This document shows positions 1 through 10,604 of a stretch of DNA of 64,000 nt, piece after piece (position 1 is the stretch's first letter; every line of letters begins with the position of its first letter). Made by a program: the position numbers and the translations under genes. This DNA is from Candidatus Latescibacterota bacterium. Lineage in GTDB: Bacteria; Latescibacterota; UBA2968; UBA8231. The DNA is taken from the NCBI GenBank assembly GCA_964291625.2, contig OZ220089.1, positions 1 through 64,000 on the forward strand. The letters are read 5' to 3'. The notes beneath the pieces are model-generated. The model worked only from the letters and a program-made list of their open reading frames with translations. It searched no databases and was not told the DNA's origin.

Positions 1-490
1 CCCGCCGACGGCGGAGAGGATCGGCGCGGCCAGGTAACCCTCGTAGAGGGTGGCGAATCCCGAGCCGAGGAACCCCAGCTTGTGGGCGCCGCCCCAGAAC
101 AGCAGCCCGGCCACCACCAGCCTCTGAAGGTGCAGGTGCAGCCGCGGACTGGCCCCCGGTCCGCAGGCCAGCGGCAGGGTCATGAGGAGGTAGAACCAGA
201 CCCAGGGCTGCCAGCGCATCTGGTCCAGGAGAGGAGGACGGCGCCGGCCCCCAGGAAGAGGCGAAGCAGCACCCGTTCAATGGCCGGACCAGAAGGCCCA
301 GGGCCGCGGCCAGGAGGGCGGCGACGAGAACGAGGTCCGCGGGAGAGGGCGGCTGCGGGACGGAATCGACGAGCGGGAAGTGGGGAAAGAGCCTCGTCGT
401 CAGCCACAGCTTCCAGGAGATGATGACTCCCGCAGCCATGCCGGCGGCGGCCGCCCGCTGGGCGATGGCGATCCTGGAGAGGTGATCCAT
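1..490 (-). CDS. Partial multi-pass membrane protein, frameshifted, running off the window end
   Basis: Stitching minus-strand frames gives ...GMAAGVIISWKLWLTTRLFPHFP...RLFLGAGAVLL/LDQMRWQPWVWFYLLMTLPL...LVVAGLLFWGGAHKLG. Hydrophobic segments are split across frames; start is approximate. Confidence 0.45.
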   Translation of the reverse strand, partial: MDHLSRIAIAQRAAAAGMAAGVIISWKLWLTTRLFPHFPLVDSVPQPPSPADLVLVAALLAAALGLLVRPLNGCCFASSWGPAPSSSPGPDALAALGLVLPPHDPAAGLRTGGQSAAAPAPSEAGGGRAAVLGRRPQAGVPRLGIRHPLRGLPGRADPLRRRR

Positions 491-675
491 GGCCCTCACC
501 CGCCGCCACCCCGCGAGAGGGCTCCGCGCAGCCCGCGGCAAGGCCTCCAGACGGCCGGGGCGGGGCGTCCCGGCATCCGGCGGGGCCTTGCGAGCCCTCC
601 CTGCGGGGGCGAGACTTGCCCGTCGGCGTCCGGTCCCCGGGGATGCTCCCTCCCGCCCGCAGCAGAGGAGAGGCC

Positions 676-2751
676 ATGAGATCCCTCCCCGCGCTCCTGC
701 TCCTCACCTGCCTCGGCCCCGCCTCCGCCCTGGAGGTCCTGCTCGTCGACAAGGCGCTGCGGGACCCCGTCGCTTTCCACTCCTTCTTCGAGGACTTCCC
801 GGAGGAGGAGCTCGAGCTGGCATACCGGCGCTTCCACCCCTCCCTCGTGCAGGCGGATCGGGAGAGCTTCGACGTCATCATCGTCGCGGGGGGAACCCAC
901 CCCGACCCGGCGCCCACCGCATCTCGTCCCCGAGGAGGCCGCCCTCCTCGTGCGCTTCGTACGCGAAGGAGGCACGGCGTCTTCTCTACGCCGGGCACTC
1001 GACGGACAACTTCATCTTCATCACCATCCTCGACTCCCTCGGCATCGAGGTGCGCATCGAGGGCAGGAGGATCGAGGACCCCCTCGGGCCCAAGGCGACC
1101 ATCGTCCCCGCCACCCACTACCTCAATCTGCCCCGGGTGCAGGTCTCGCCGCGGACTCCCTCGGAGAAGGCATCGAGGGCTTCATCGCCGGCGGCCGGCT
1201 GGTCTCGCTCATGGTGGGGCGGGACGGAGGGCCTCGAGATCGCGGCCGGACCGCCCCCTCCTCCATGCGGCGCCTCGATGTGGCCGACACCCCCCAGCGG
1301 GGCCGCGAGGGGACCTACGCGGCCGAACCCCGGTCGTACGCCGCCGTGGTCGCCGCCGTCTCCGGAGAGGGCCGCGTGATCCTGGCGCCCCGCTCGATGA
1401 TCAGCCTCAACGGCTTCACCGGCCACGGCTCGGACCGGCCCGTGCACCCGCCCTACTTCCTCGAGGGCAACCGGCGCTTCGAGAAGAACCCTGGCCCGCT
1501 ACATCGGCGCCGTCTCCCGGGGCGGGCACGTCCCGGCGGCTGGTGCCCATGCACCGCGTCGACCACCTCGGCGGCGAGTCGGGCCTTCCGCTCCGGAGTT
1601 CGAGTTCCGGAGACGCTCCCTCGACGCGGAGGCTCGCGAGGGGGACTACGACCACCTCACGCCCTTCGACGAGGCGGGACCCCATCAGCCCTCCTTCCTG
1701 GGGGGGCGGAAGGTCCGCAGCGCCCACCTCTCCGTTCCCGCCGGGGAGCGGGCCTCGGAGGTATGCGGCCGAATGAGGGAGATGGGCCTCAACCTCCTGT
1801 ACGTGTGGGGGCTGAAGATGGAGAGGGACCCGTCGGGCCGGCCGGCGAGGATCCACCCGGACAGCGAAGCACTTCTGGAGGAGTGCGGCAAGGCCGGGCT
1901 GATGGTCCTGATCTGGGGATACATGCCGGACACCTCCCTGTGGCTGCGCAACGAGCTGGCCACCACCCTCGTGGACGGCACGGGGAAGACCTATCTGCCG
2001 CCCTCGCCCTGGACCCGGCCGCCTGGGACCACAGCCTGACCGACAAGGCGAGGGAGTACGCCCTCATGGCCCGTGAGTTCCCGGAGACCGTGGTCGGCAC
2101 CATGTGGGACCTGGAGCTCTACGGCCACCCGGCCTGCGCATCACCGAGGCCCACGGCTTCGACAACCTCTCCTTCGCCGCCTTCGTCGAGACGCCGGGGC
2201 GCGGCTGCGCGAAGCGGACTGTACGAGACCGCCCACCGCGTCGACCAGGCGCGCCGCTTCCGTGGCTCGAGTCGCACGGCCTGCTGCGGGGATACTACGA
2301 GGCCCTCGAGGAAGCCGTCTACCGGCTGGCGGTACGCACCCGGGAGACGGTCGACGAGGTTCACCCGGGGCTCCACTGGGGCCTGTACGCGCCCAACATC
2401 CCGCAGAGCTGGTACACCGCGGCCTTTCCGCGGGCTCGCCCGCGACGATGGCGCCGTCCTGCACACACTGGCAGTCCCGGGGCGCCCTGCAGGTCGGCTA
2501 CTGGAAGAAGGTCCTCGGCCTCGATCTCATCCACGCGCCGGCCATGCTCATGGTCGTGCCCCGGGGCGCGGAATGGGACACCTACTGGAGATGTGCCTGA
2601 GAACGAGGCCGGGTACTGGCTCTACGACGCAACCTCCCTGGTGCGGGACGGCGGCGACTGGCGGGCCCGGATGGAGCTGCGAGAGGCGCCCGGTGCGGTC
2701 GTCGAGCGGATCCGGCGGGCCAACGAGGCCACCGCCCCCCGTGGCCCCTGA
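676..2751 (+). CDS. Secreted hypothetical protein, multiply frameshifted; C-terminal half possibly a glycoside-hydrolase-like TIM barrel
   Basis: Signal peptide MRSLPALLLLTCLGPASA preceded by a GGAGAGG RBS. Protein-like segments continue in different frames (GLNLLYVWG, VVGTMWDLELYG, HWGLYAPNIPQSWY, GYWLYDA) to TGA at 2749-2751. Confidence 0.5.
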
Positions 2752-2779
2752 ACCGCCTCCCCGCCGACGGCCCGGAGGA

Positions 2780-4503
2780 ATGGGTCCGACATCCCCCTCC
2801 GAATCCCGCACCGATGTCCCGGGGCTGACATCGGCCCTCCTCCTCCTCGCCCTCGGCTGCGGCCGACCCGGCCCGGCCGTCGAGGAAGCACCTCCTTCCC
2901 CCGGAGGTCCTCCCGTCCTCGCGGAGACCGCCTCCCGCCTCGGCATCGACTTCCGCAACGAGCGTCCCGCCACGGGGGACCACTTCATGCCCGAGGCGAT
3001 CGGGCCCGGCGCCGCTCTCCTGGATCACGACAACGACGGGGATCTCGATCTATACCTGGTCAACGGGCACCGCAACGCCCGGGGAGGGCTCGCGAGCCTC
3101 GAGGGAGCCAACCGCTTCTACCGGCAGGTCTCGCCGGAGCGCTTCGAGGACGCCACCGAGGAAACCGGTGCGGGGCACACCGGCTACGGCATGGGGGTGG
3201 CCGCGGGGATTTCGACAACGACGGGTACGTCGACCTGTACGTGACCAACTACGGGGCCGACTGCCTCTACCGCAACGAGGCCGGCCGGAGGTTCGAGGAC
3301 ATCACGGGCCGCGCCGGACTCTCCGGGAGCGGCTGGAGCTCCTCGGCGGGGTTCCTCGACTACGACGCGGACGGCTTCCTCGATCTCTTCGTGACCCGCT
3401 ATCTCGACTACGATCCCGCGGTGACCGCCGTGGACGACGGCGGCCTGCCCGAGTACCCCTCACCCTCCTCATTCGACGGGCTGCCGACCTGCTCTACCGG
3501 AACCTCGGCGACGGCACCTCCTCGACGTCAGCGAGAGGACCGGCCTTGCAGGCCCGGCCGGCCGGGGGCTGGGGGTGGTCTTCACCGACCTCGACGACGA
3601 TGGCAGGGCGGACATCTACGTGGCCACGACGGCGACCCGAACTTCGCGTGGATCAACACCGGCTCCGGCCGCTTCGAGGAGCGCGCCCGGGTCCTGGGGG
3701 TGGCGGTGAACGCCTACGGACAGCCCGAGGCGGGCATGGGGATCGCCCTCGGCGACTCCGACCTCGACGGGAGCCTGGACTCGTTGTCACCCATCTCGTT
3801 CAGGAGTCGAACACCCTCTACCGCCAGAGGTCACCCGGGATCTTCGAGGACGCCACCGCCGGCAGCGGTCTGGGTGCCGCCAGCGTCGACCGCACCGCCT
3901 TCGGCGCGGCCTTCGCGGATCTCGACCACGACGGGGACCTGGACCTGCTGATCGCCAACGGGCGCGTCTACCGGGCCCTGCCCCACCGGGGGCGGGGGTG
4001 AGAGCGCACTGGCGGTCCTATGCCGAGCCCAACCAGATCTTCCTCAACGACGGGCAGGGACGGTTCCGTGATGCCGGCCGGCAGGGCGCCGGTTCACCAC
4101 GTCGGTGGAGGTCAGCCGCGGACTCGCCGTGGGGGACCTGGACGGAGACGGGACCTCGACGTGGTGGTCACCAACGGCAACGGCACCGTCAGGGTCTACC
4201 GGAACGACTTCCCCGCTGGCGGCGGCTGGCTCCTGGTCCGCGCCGTCGACCCGGAGCTGCGGCGCGACGCTACGGCGCGGTGGTGACCGTGGCGACCTCG
4301 TCGGTGAGCATGCGCCGGCCGGTGACGGCCACGGTGGGCTACCTGTCCAGCAGCGACCCCCGGGCCCACTTCGGCCTCGGCGCCGCCCCCGGAGTGCAGA
4401 GCATCCAGGTCCAATGCCGGACGGGACCCTGGAGCACTTCCCCGGCGGGCCGGCGGACCGGTCCGTGGTGGTTCGCAAAGGGGAAGGAAGGCCGGCGCCG
4501 TGA
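2780..4503 (+). CDS. CRTAC1/ASPIC-UnbV FG-GAP repeat lipoprotein (frameshifted)
   Basis: LALGC lipobox; repeated DxDxDGxxDL motifs (DHDNDGDLDLY, DYDADGFLDLF, DLDHDGDLDLLIANG); C-terminal GYLSSSDPRAHFGLG typical of UnbV_ASPIC; several frame switches. Confidence 0.8.
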
Positions 4504-6050
4504 GGCGAGCCCTCGACCCCTTCTGCCGCGCCTTCCTGCCGGCGGCCCTGTCGACGGTCAGCCTCCTCCCCGGGTGCGGTCCCGCGGCGGATCCGCCGGA
4601 GGTGGACCCGAGGGGGCTGCCGCCGAGGCTGGCCAAGCGGATCGAGGAGCGGCGGGAGGCGGTGATCGCCCGCCCCGGGTCCGCCGAGGCCTGGGGCGCA
4701 CTCGGGATGGTCCTCGACGTGCACGACCTGCGCCCCCAGGCGGCCCTCTGCTACGAGCGGGCCGAGGGGCTCGACGGAGACGACTTCCGCTGGCCCTACT
4801 TCCTGGGCGTGCTCACGCTCACGTCGGACCAGGGCGAGGCCCTGGAGCACTTTTCCAGGGCGGCTCGGGTCCGGGACGACTACCCGCCCCTCTTCGTGTA
4901 CATGGGCAGCGGCCATCTGCTGCAGGAGCGCTTTCGGGAGGCGGCCCTCGCCTTCGAACGCGCCCTCGAGCTGGACCCCTACTTCTACCGGGCCCGCATG
5001 GGCTTGGCCAGGGTGGCCCTGGCACGGGACCGGCCACGGAGGGCCCGACAGCTGCTGGAGACGGCCCTGGCCCAGGGCGCCTCCGAGGGAGAGGTGCACT
5101 GGCTGCTGGCCGAGGCCAGCCGCAGGATGGGCGACCTGGAGGCGGCGCGCACCCACCTGCAGCGGGCCCGACTCCTGCGCCTCGTGGAGCCCGTCTCCGA
5201 CTCCTTGCGGGTGGCCCTGCGGCGGCAGGAGGGACTGACCCTCGCCCTGATCCAGGAACGCACCGATCACCTGATCCGCCAGGGACGGGCCGACCAGGCG
5301 CTCGAGGAATGGCGGCAGGTGCGGCGGGAGGACCCCGGTTCGCCCGAGGTCCTCGCCCGGCTGGGCCGCGCCTGCGCCCTCTCCGGCCGGCTGGACGAGG
5401 CGGTCGCCGCCTACGAGGCCGCCCTGGAGCTCGACCCCGCCCACCTCGACTCGCGGGTGCTCCTCGGCGACGCGCTGCTGCAGCAGGGGAAGGTCGTCCC
5501 GGCCCGAACCGCGTACGAGGAGGCCCTGGAGCTCGACCCCGCCCACGGCAAGACCCGGTACAAGCTGGGTTCCGCCCTGATCCTGTCCGGGGCCGAGGAG
5601 GAAGGCCTGCGGCACCTGCGGGAGGCCCGCCGGGCCCTGGGCCGCGAACTGGAGGCGCAGCTCCTCTTCGCGGCCACCGTGACCCGAATGGGGCGCCACC
5701 GCGAGGCCGTCGGCGTGTACCACGAGGCGCTCGAGAGCTTCCCCGGGGAGGCCCGCTTTCAGAGAGGTCTGGCCTGGCTCCTGGCCACCAGCCCGGACGA
5801 CGGGGTCCGCAACGGCGCCGAAGCGCTGGTCCGGGCGCGGCGGGCGGCGGAGGGCTCGTCCGATCCACAGACCTTGGAGACCCTGGCGGCGGCTCACGCC
5901 GAGGCCGGCGACTTCCCGGAGGCGGTGCGCGCCGCCACCCGGGCCAAGGAACTGCTGCTCAAGGCCGGGGACTTCTCCGCGGTGCGGCAGGTGGAGGAGC
6001 GTCTGAGGCTGTACCGGGACGGTCGGCCCTTCCGGCAGGCCGAGAGGTAG
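4500..6050 (+). CDS. Tetratricopeptide repeat lipoprotein
   Basis: LPGC lipobox; many TPR units (AYEAALELDP, AWGALG); C-terminal LAWLLATSPD...RNGAEAL; start overlaps the ASPIC gene stop. Confidence 0.85.
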   Translation: MRRALDPFCRAFLPAALSTVSLLPGCGPAADPPEVDPRGLPPRLAKRIEERREAVIARPGSAEAWGALGMVLDVHDLRPQAALCYERAEGLDGDDFRWPYFLGVLTLTSDQGEALEHFSRAARVRDDYPPLFVYMGSGHLLQERFREAALAFERALELDPYFYRARMGLARVALARDRPRRARQLLETALAQGASEGEVHWLLAEASRRMGDLEAARTHLQRARLLRLVEPVSDSLRVALRRQEGLTLALIQERTDHLIRQGRADQALEEWRQVRREDPGSPEVLARLGRACALSGRLDEAVAAYEAALELDPAHLDSRVLLGDALLQQGKVVPARTAYEEALELDPAHGKTRYKLGSALILSGAEEEGLRHLREARRALGRELEAQLLFAATVTRMGRHREAVGVYHEALESFPGEARFQRGLAWLLATSPDDGVRNGAEALVRARRAAEGSSDPQTLETLAAAHAEAGDFPEAVRAATRAKELLLKAGDFSAVRQVEERLRLYRDGRPFRQAER

Positions 6051-6059
6051 GCCGGCGGG

Positions 6060-7262
6060 TCAGAGCCAGGGCAGGAGCTGGTCGGGGGCCTCCCGGTCGA
6101 GGCTGGCTCCGCGCGGCCTCGGGCCGCCGGGCCGGAGGATCTTCCCGTCGCCGCGGGGCTCGTAGGCCACGTCGAGGAAGGGCGTCTCCACGACCCTGTG
6201 GCCCTCGTGGCGGGAGTTCATGACCGCGTCGATGACCCCCGTGGTCAGCAGGGTCCGCTCGGGCGGAGTGGGCGCCGCCCCCTCCTGGAAGAACCGCTGG
6301 ATGTTGCGGCACAGGTAGCCGAAGTTGGCCCCGGGCCCGTCGGGCTGCAGGTAGAACTCGGTCGCCTGCACCCGGCCGCCGACTCGGGCGGCGTAGGCCC
6401 AGTCGGAGACGTACCCCTGCAGCAGCAGGGCCGCCGTCCGCAGCCCGTCCCGGTGCTCCATCAGGAACAGGCGGGGCGACTTCGCGTGCTCCTCCATAGG
6501 GCCCGGCGGCTTTCTCTCGATCGCCGCGCAGGCCGCCTCGGCCAGCTCCCGCGGCCACACGCCCCGGTCGGCGGCCCTCCACACCTCCCCGCCCTCCAGG
6601 CATTGCACCGAGCGCACGCCGCTCTCGCCGCCGGGCCGCCGCTCGACCATGCACTGCAGGACCTCGAGGGTGTGGAAGCCGTAGGCCTCGACCTTGCCGT
6701 AGCCGACGGCCAGGGCTTCCTCGACCGGGGCCCCGATCTCGTGCTCGAGCCAGGGATTGCGCCACGCCAGGGGCAGGCAGGAGCCGGCCATGAGGGGGAT
6801 CTCCAACTCCCGGGCGCGGTTCCACATCCACTGGGCGTCGGAGAAATCCCAGGCGAAGTGCTTGTCGTTGAAGACCGGCACCGGGCGGCCGCCGCGGCCG
6901 ATCTCGCCGGCGATCTGCTCGAAGAACGAGCGCCGGGGGTAGAGGAGTCTCTCGCGCTCGTCCCACGGGTAGTCGCCGTGCTCGCCGATGAGCAGCACCG
7001 CGTCGACGTCGAGGCGGCCCCCGCCCCGGGTCAGGGCCCCGCGGATGCTCGGGTACACGGGAACGCCGTGCTCCCGGGCGAGGGCGAGGCCGATGTCGCT
7101 CTCCGGGACCTGGTCGAGGTAGAGGGAGACGACGTCGACCTCGGGCGGGAAGAAGCCCTCGTCGGTGGACATGCCCTTGAGGAACTTGGTGACGATGGCG
7201 TCGGCGTGGGAGGTGGCGTAGTAGACGGTGCAGACCGCCGCCACCCTCAGGCGGCCGGTCAT
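6060..7262 (-). CDS. Conserved Gfo/Idh/MocA-like oxidoreductase-fold protein
   Basis: MTGRLRVAAVCTVYYATSHADAIVTKFL...VLLIGEHGDYP...VPVFNDKH...YGFHTLE; ATG at 7262 overlaps the upstream stop. Confidence 0.7.
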   Translation of the reverse strand: MTGRLRVAAVCTVYYATSHADAIVTKFLKGMSTDEGFFPPEVDVVSLYLDQVPESDIGLALAREHGVPVYPSIRGALTRGGGRLDVDAVLLIGEHGDYPWDERERLLYPRRSFFEQIAGEIGRGGRPVPVFNDKHFAWDFSDAQWMWNRARELEIPLMAGSCLPLAWRNPWLEHEIGAPVEEALAVGYGKVEAYGFHTLEVLQCMVERRPGGESGVRSVQCLEGGEVWRAADRGVWPRELAEAACAAIERKPPGPMEEHAKSPRLFLMEHRDGLRTAALLLQGYVSDWAYAARVGGRVQATEFYLQPDGPGANFGYLCRNIQRFFQEGAAPTPPERTLLTTGVIDAVMNSRHEGHRVVETPFLDVAYEPRGDGKILRPGGPRPRGASLDREAPDQLLPWL

Positions 7263-8170
7263 TCCTCCCCGTCCTTCGGACTCCGCCTCTGGGCGAAGAG
7301 CCAGCCGAGGAGATCGGGGTCGTCGAAGGCCAGGGGCCAGACCACGTGGCCCTCGCCCGGGAACTCCGTGTAGCGCGGGCTGCTCCCTGCCTCGCGCAGG
7401 GCAGCGATGATGCCGCGCGAGTAGGCCACGGGCACGGCCGGGTCCTGGTCGCCGTGGAAGGCCCACACCGGCACGTGGGCGATCGACCCGGCCACGGCGG
7501 GGTCGGCGCCCCCGGCGATGGGCACGGCCGCGGCGAACAGCCGGGGGCGGGAGACGATGAAGTGCCAGGCGCCGTACCCGCCCATGGACTGGCCGGTGAC
7601 GTACAGCCTGTCTCCGTCGATGGGCAGCTCGGCGCGCAGCACGTCGATGAGCTCGTACACCACCGAGTCCACCCCGTCCGGCCAGGGCAGGATCGACTGC
7701 CGCTGCCACTTGGCGCGCACGCTGTCCGGAACGGAGGAACCCCAGTTGGACCGCGCCGGACACTGGGGTACGAGGACGAAGGCGGGGTACTTCTCCCGGT
7801 TGGGCGGTTCCGCCAGGACCTGGGCCGCCCACGAGCCGGCCACCTGGGCGACGTTGTCCGAGCCCCGGGAGCCGTGGCCGGCGAGGCAGACCACGAGGGG
7901 GTAGGTGCGGTCTTCTTCGAGGCGCGGCGGCGTCAGCATCCGGTAGGGCATGGTGTCGCCGCGGGCGCCGACAAAGGTTCGGGCCTCGAAGAGGGGGACG
8001 ACCGTCCCGGGCGCCTCCCGGAGAGCGGCGCGGAAGCGCTCGGCGGCGCCCGGCCGGGCGCCGCGGTCCGACGGCTTCGCGCTGGCGTCCTGCTCGGGCC
8101 CCGAGCAGGCGGCAAGCAGGAACGCTCCGAGCAACAGGGCGGTGCAGGCCGGCGCCGTCGAGATCCTCAT
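7259..8170 (-). CDS. Alpha/beta-hydrolase lipoprotein (predicted peptidase/phospholipase, COG4099-like)
   Basis: LAAC lipobox; GQSMGG nucleophile elbow; PVWAFHGDQD; GEGH. Confidence 0.85.
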   Translation of the reverse strand: MRISTAPACTALLLGAFLLAACSGPEQDASAKPSDRGARPGAAERFRAALREAPGTVVPLFEARTFVGARGDTMPYRMLTPPRLEEDRTYPLVVCLAGHGSRGSDNVAQVAGSWAAQVLAEPPNREKYPAFVLVPQCPARSNWGSSVPDSVRAKWQRQSILPWPDGVDSVVYELIDVLRAELPIDGDRLYVTGQSMGGYGAWHFIVSRPRLFAAAVPIAGGADPAVAGSIAHVPVWAFHGDQDPAVPVAYSRGIIAALREAGSSPRYTEFPGEGHVVWPLAFDDPDLLGWLFAQRRSPKDGEE

Positions 8171-8180
8171 GGCATCTCCC

Positions 8181-9377
8181 CTACCGCGGACGGATGTCGA
8201 TGAACTCGAAGAAGCAGGTCGCCGTCACCCGGGCCGAGGAGGCCCTCCGGGGCGCGGCCAGGCTGTCCGCCCCCGCCGGCGCGGCACCGGCCGAGACCCG
8301 GAAGCGCCATTGCCGGAGGACGCCCTGAAGACACTCCTCCACGCCGGGGCTGACCACCGACGACGACAGGACGCGGACCTCCTCGACCAGTCCCGAGGGA
8401 AGGATGGTGAGGCGCACCTCCGCTTCCCCCTCCGAGGCCCGGCCGGCGAGGAACTCCGTCTCGAAGCAGCGGTTGACCTCGGCCAACCGGGACTTGGCGA
8501 AGGCGTCGATGGCGGTCACGTCGCGGGTGATGTCGCCGGTGACGGCGCCGCTGACCTCGCTCGGGGAAGCCAGCCTGGCGCGGGTCCCCTCCTCGGCCGC
8601 CTCCCGCCACTCGCGGTGCTCCCAGACCTCGACCGTCCGGCGCCGGTCGAACTCGAAGGCCAGGTCGACCGTCTTCAGGGGATTGTCGAAGGCGTTGAAC
8701 CTGAGGACGAGGTCGCGGATGTGCAAGGTGGCCCGCTCGACCTCGTCATCGAGGGGCTCGAAGGCGATGAACCCTCCGTACTCCTCGCCCTTGAAGATCT
8801 TCTCGCCGCTCAGGTAGCTGTTCGTACGCACGATGCCCATGCGCATGTTGAAGCGGTAGTACTCGTTGCCGCTGGGTCCGCGGCGCGTGCGGTAGTAGGA
8901 CTCGAAGTTGAGGCGCGCCGACCCGGCCCGGATGCCGTAGGGCTCCAGGGCCTCGCCCTCGCGGTCGGTGGTCAGCAGGGCCCGCAGGGGAGGCAGCTCG
9001 ACCTTGGCGTGATTGCGGTTGCGCACGGTCACGCGAAAGACGGTGAAGCGGTTGCGCACGTAGCCCACGGCGGGGTCGACGTAGTCGCCGTAGGTGTAGG
9101 GGTTGGAGGAGTAGCGCCCCTGGGTCGACTCGAGGGGGAAGAGCCGGTTGAGCTCCTCGTCGGTCATGTGCTTCACCTCGACGCGGAGCCCCTCGGCCTC
9201 GTGGGAGAGGACGCCGTCCTCCCCGGCGGCGTATCCCCCGCCGGGACCGGCCCTCGGGACCAGGAACGAGGAGTACTCGTAGCGCGGCGGGAAGAGCAGG
9301 GCGCAGCCGGCCAGCAGGGCCAGGGCGGCGCCCAGGGCGGACAACCTGCGGCAGGGGCTCTTCGAGGCGGTGGCCAT
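8181..9377 (-). CDS. Lipoprotein with C-terminal TonB-C/AgmX-PglI-like domain
   Basis: MATASK...ALLAGC lipobox; C-terminus ...VNRCFE...GEAEVRLTILPSGLVEEVRVLSS...VEECLQGVLRQWRF...VTATCFFEF matches the TonB_C/AgmX pattern. Confidence 0.7.
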   Translation of the reverse strand: MATASKSPCRRLSALGAALALLAGCALLFPPRYEYSSFLVPRAGPGGGYAAGEDGVLSHEAEGLRVEVKHMTDEELNRLFPLESTQGRYSSNPYTYGDYVDPAVGYVRNRFTVFRVTVRNRNHAKVELPPLRALLTTDREGEALEPYGIRAGSARLNFESYYRTRRGPSGNEYYRFNMRMGIVRTNSYLSGEKIFKGEEYGGFIAFEPLDDEVERATLHIRDLVLRFNAFDNPLKTVDLAFEFDRRRTVEVWEHREWREAAEEGTRARLASPSEVSGAVTGDITRDVTAIDAFAKSRLAEVNRCFETEFLAGRASEGEAEVRLTILPSGLVEEVRVLSSSVVSPGVEECLQGVLRQWRFRVSAGAAPAGADSLAAPRRASSARVTATCFFEFIDIRPR

Positions 9378-9391
9378 GGAATCGCGGCGTC

Positions 9392-10604
9392 TCACTGGTT
9401 GTAGAAGTCGATCTGCTGCTGGGCGATGGAGCCCCTCTGGGTGAGGGCGAAGACGACGAGGTTGATCCCCAGCTTCACGTGGGGCTCGTTCTCGTTCTCC
9501 CTCTCCCAGAAGGCCCCGTAGCCCTTGTCGGAGTAGACGGCCACCAGCCGGCCGTCGAGGTAGATCCCCTCCAGCCAGTGGGAGGCCCGCCTCCCGGCCT
9601 GGTTCTCTGCGGCGCCGACGCCGACCTCCCCCCCGGGAGGCGGTCCGGCGAGGTCGAAGAAGACGTGGTAGATGGGATGGCTGTCGGGGATGCGCTCGAA
9701 GCGGGCGTCGCGGCCCAGGGGCGTGGCGGAACATCTGTCTCAGCGAGGCCTCCGCGGGGCCGTGCTGCATCTGGGGCAGGTCGTTGTCGGCGACCACGAA
9801 GCCGCCGCTGCGAAGGTACCGGTCGAGGCTCGCCGCCTCGTGCTCCGTGAGTTCGAAAGCGCGGTCGGTGGTGATGTAGACGAAGGGCGCCTTGAAGAGG
9901 TCCTGGGAGTCGAGGTACATCTGGTCGTCGACCTTGGCCTCGATGCGGGTGTGGTCGTTGATCCAGCGGGCCAGCTGGATCATGGAGCGCTTGCGGGAAG
10001 GCTCGAGGACGGTGCCCCAGGCCAAGCCGAGGTAGATGAAGCCGGTGATGTTGCGCTTGTCGGTGGGGTCCTGGATCACCAGGCTCTTGACCTTGCCGAT
10101 GTCGAGGGCGGCCAGATCGAGGAACTCGGTCTCCATGTCGATCCGCTTCTCGGGCTCCTTCAGACTGGTCATGACGACCTGCTCGAACCGCGGGATGCCG
10201 ACGAGGGCGCCGTCCGCCTCCCCCTCGCCGGCCGGGAGGACGAACTCGCCGCCGGCCCGCGCCCGCGTCCATTCCACCGACCCGGTCACGGCCGTCCGAG
10301 AGAGACCGCCCCGCACCACCGTGGCCGTGCGATCGCTGCGGGAACTCACCACCGGCGAGCCTTCCGGCACGGCCTGCTTGCGGAAGGCGAACTCCCGCAC
10401 CAGCCGGGGGGCGGGGACGTAGAAGGGGGTCTCCTCCTCCTCGAACTCGAAGCGGGCCACGATCCGCTCCTCCTCCACCCCGGGGCGCGTGGCCATCCAC
10501 GCGAAGAGCGCCGCGTGGAGGGCCGCCGAGAGAACCAGGGCGCCGCCGAAGAACCGCCGGTTCCGGCGCAGGACGGCGAGGATGTCGCGCGGCCCCGGGC
10601 TCAC
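9392..10604 (-). CDS. Membrane-anchored DUF4159-domain protein (one frameshift near 9718-9721)
   Basis: N-terminal TM FFGGALVLSAALHAALFAW; PFVYIT...YLRSGGFVVADN. Removing one base in the G run at 9718-9721 continues HALGRDARFERIPDSHPIYHVFFD...LEGIYLDGRLVAVYS...KLGINLVVFALT...FYNQ* (stop 9392-9394). Confidence 0.75.

Noticed and set aside
1-4503. Programmed frameshifting or phase variation
   Set aside because: Too many scattered indels per gene and no long slippery tracts.
8181-10604. 807-aa ORF appearing as a full-length TonB-like fusion (TM anchor to TonB-C)
   Set aside because: The joining segment is R/P/G-rich off-frame sequence. One-base removal at 9718-9721 restores a proper DUF4159 C-terminus with its own stop, and the downstream gene has its own lipobox. 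Most likely an indel error.
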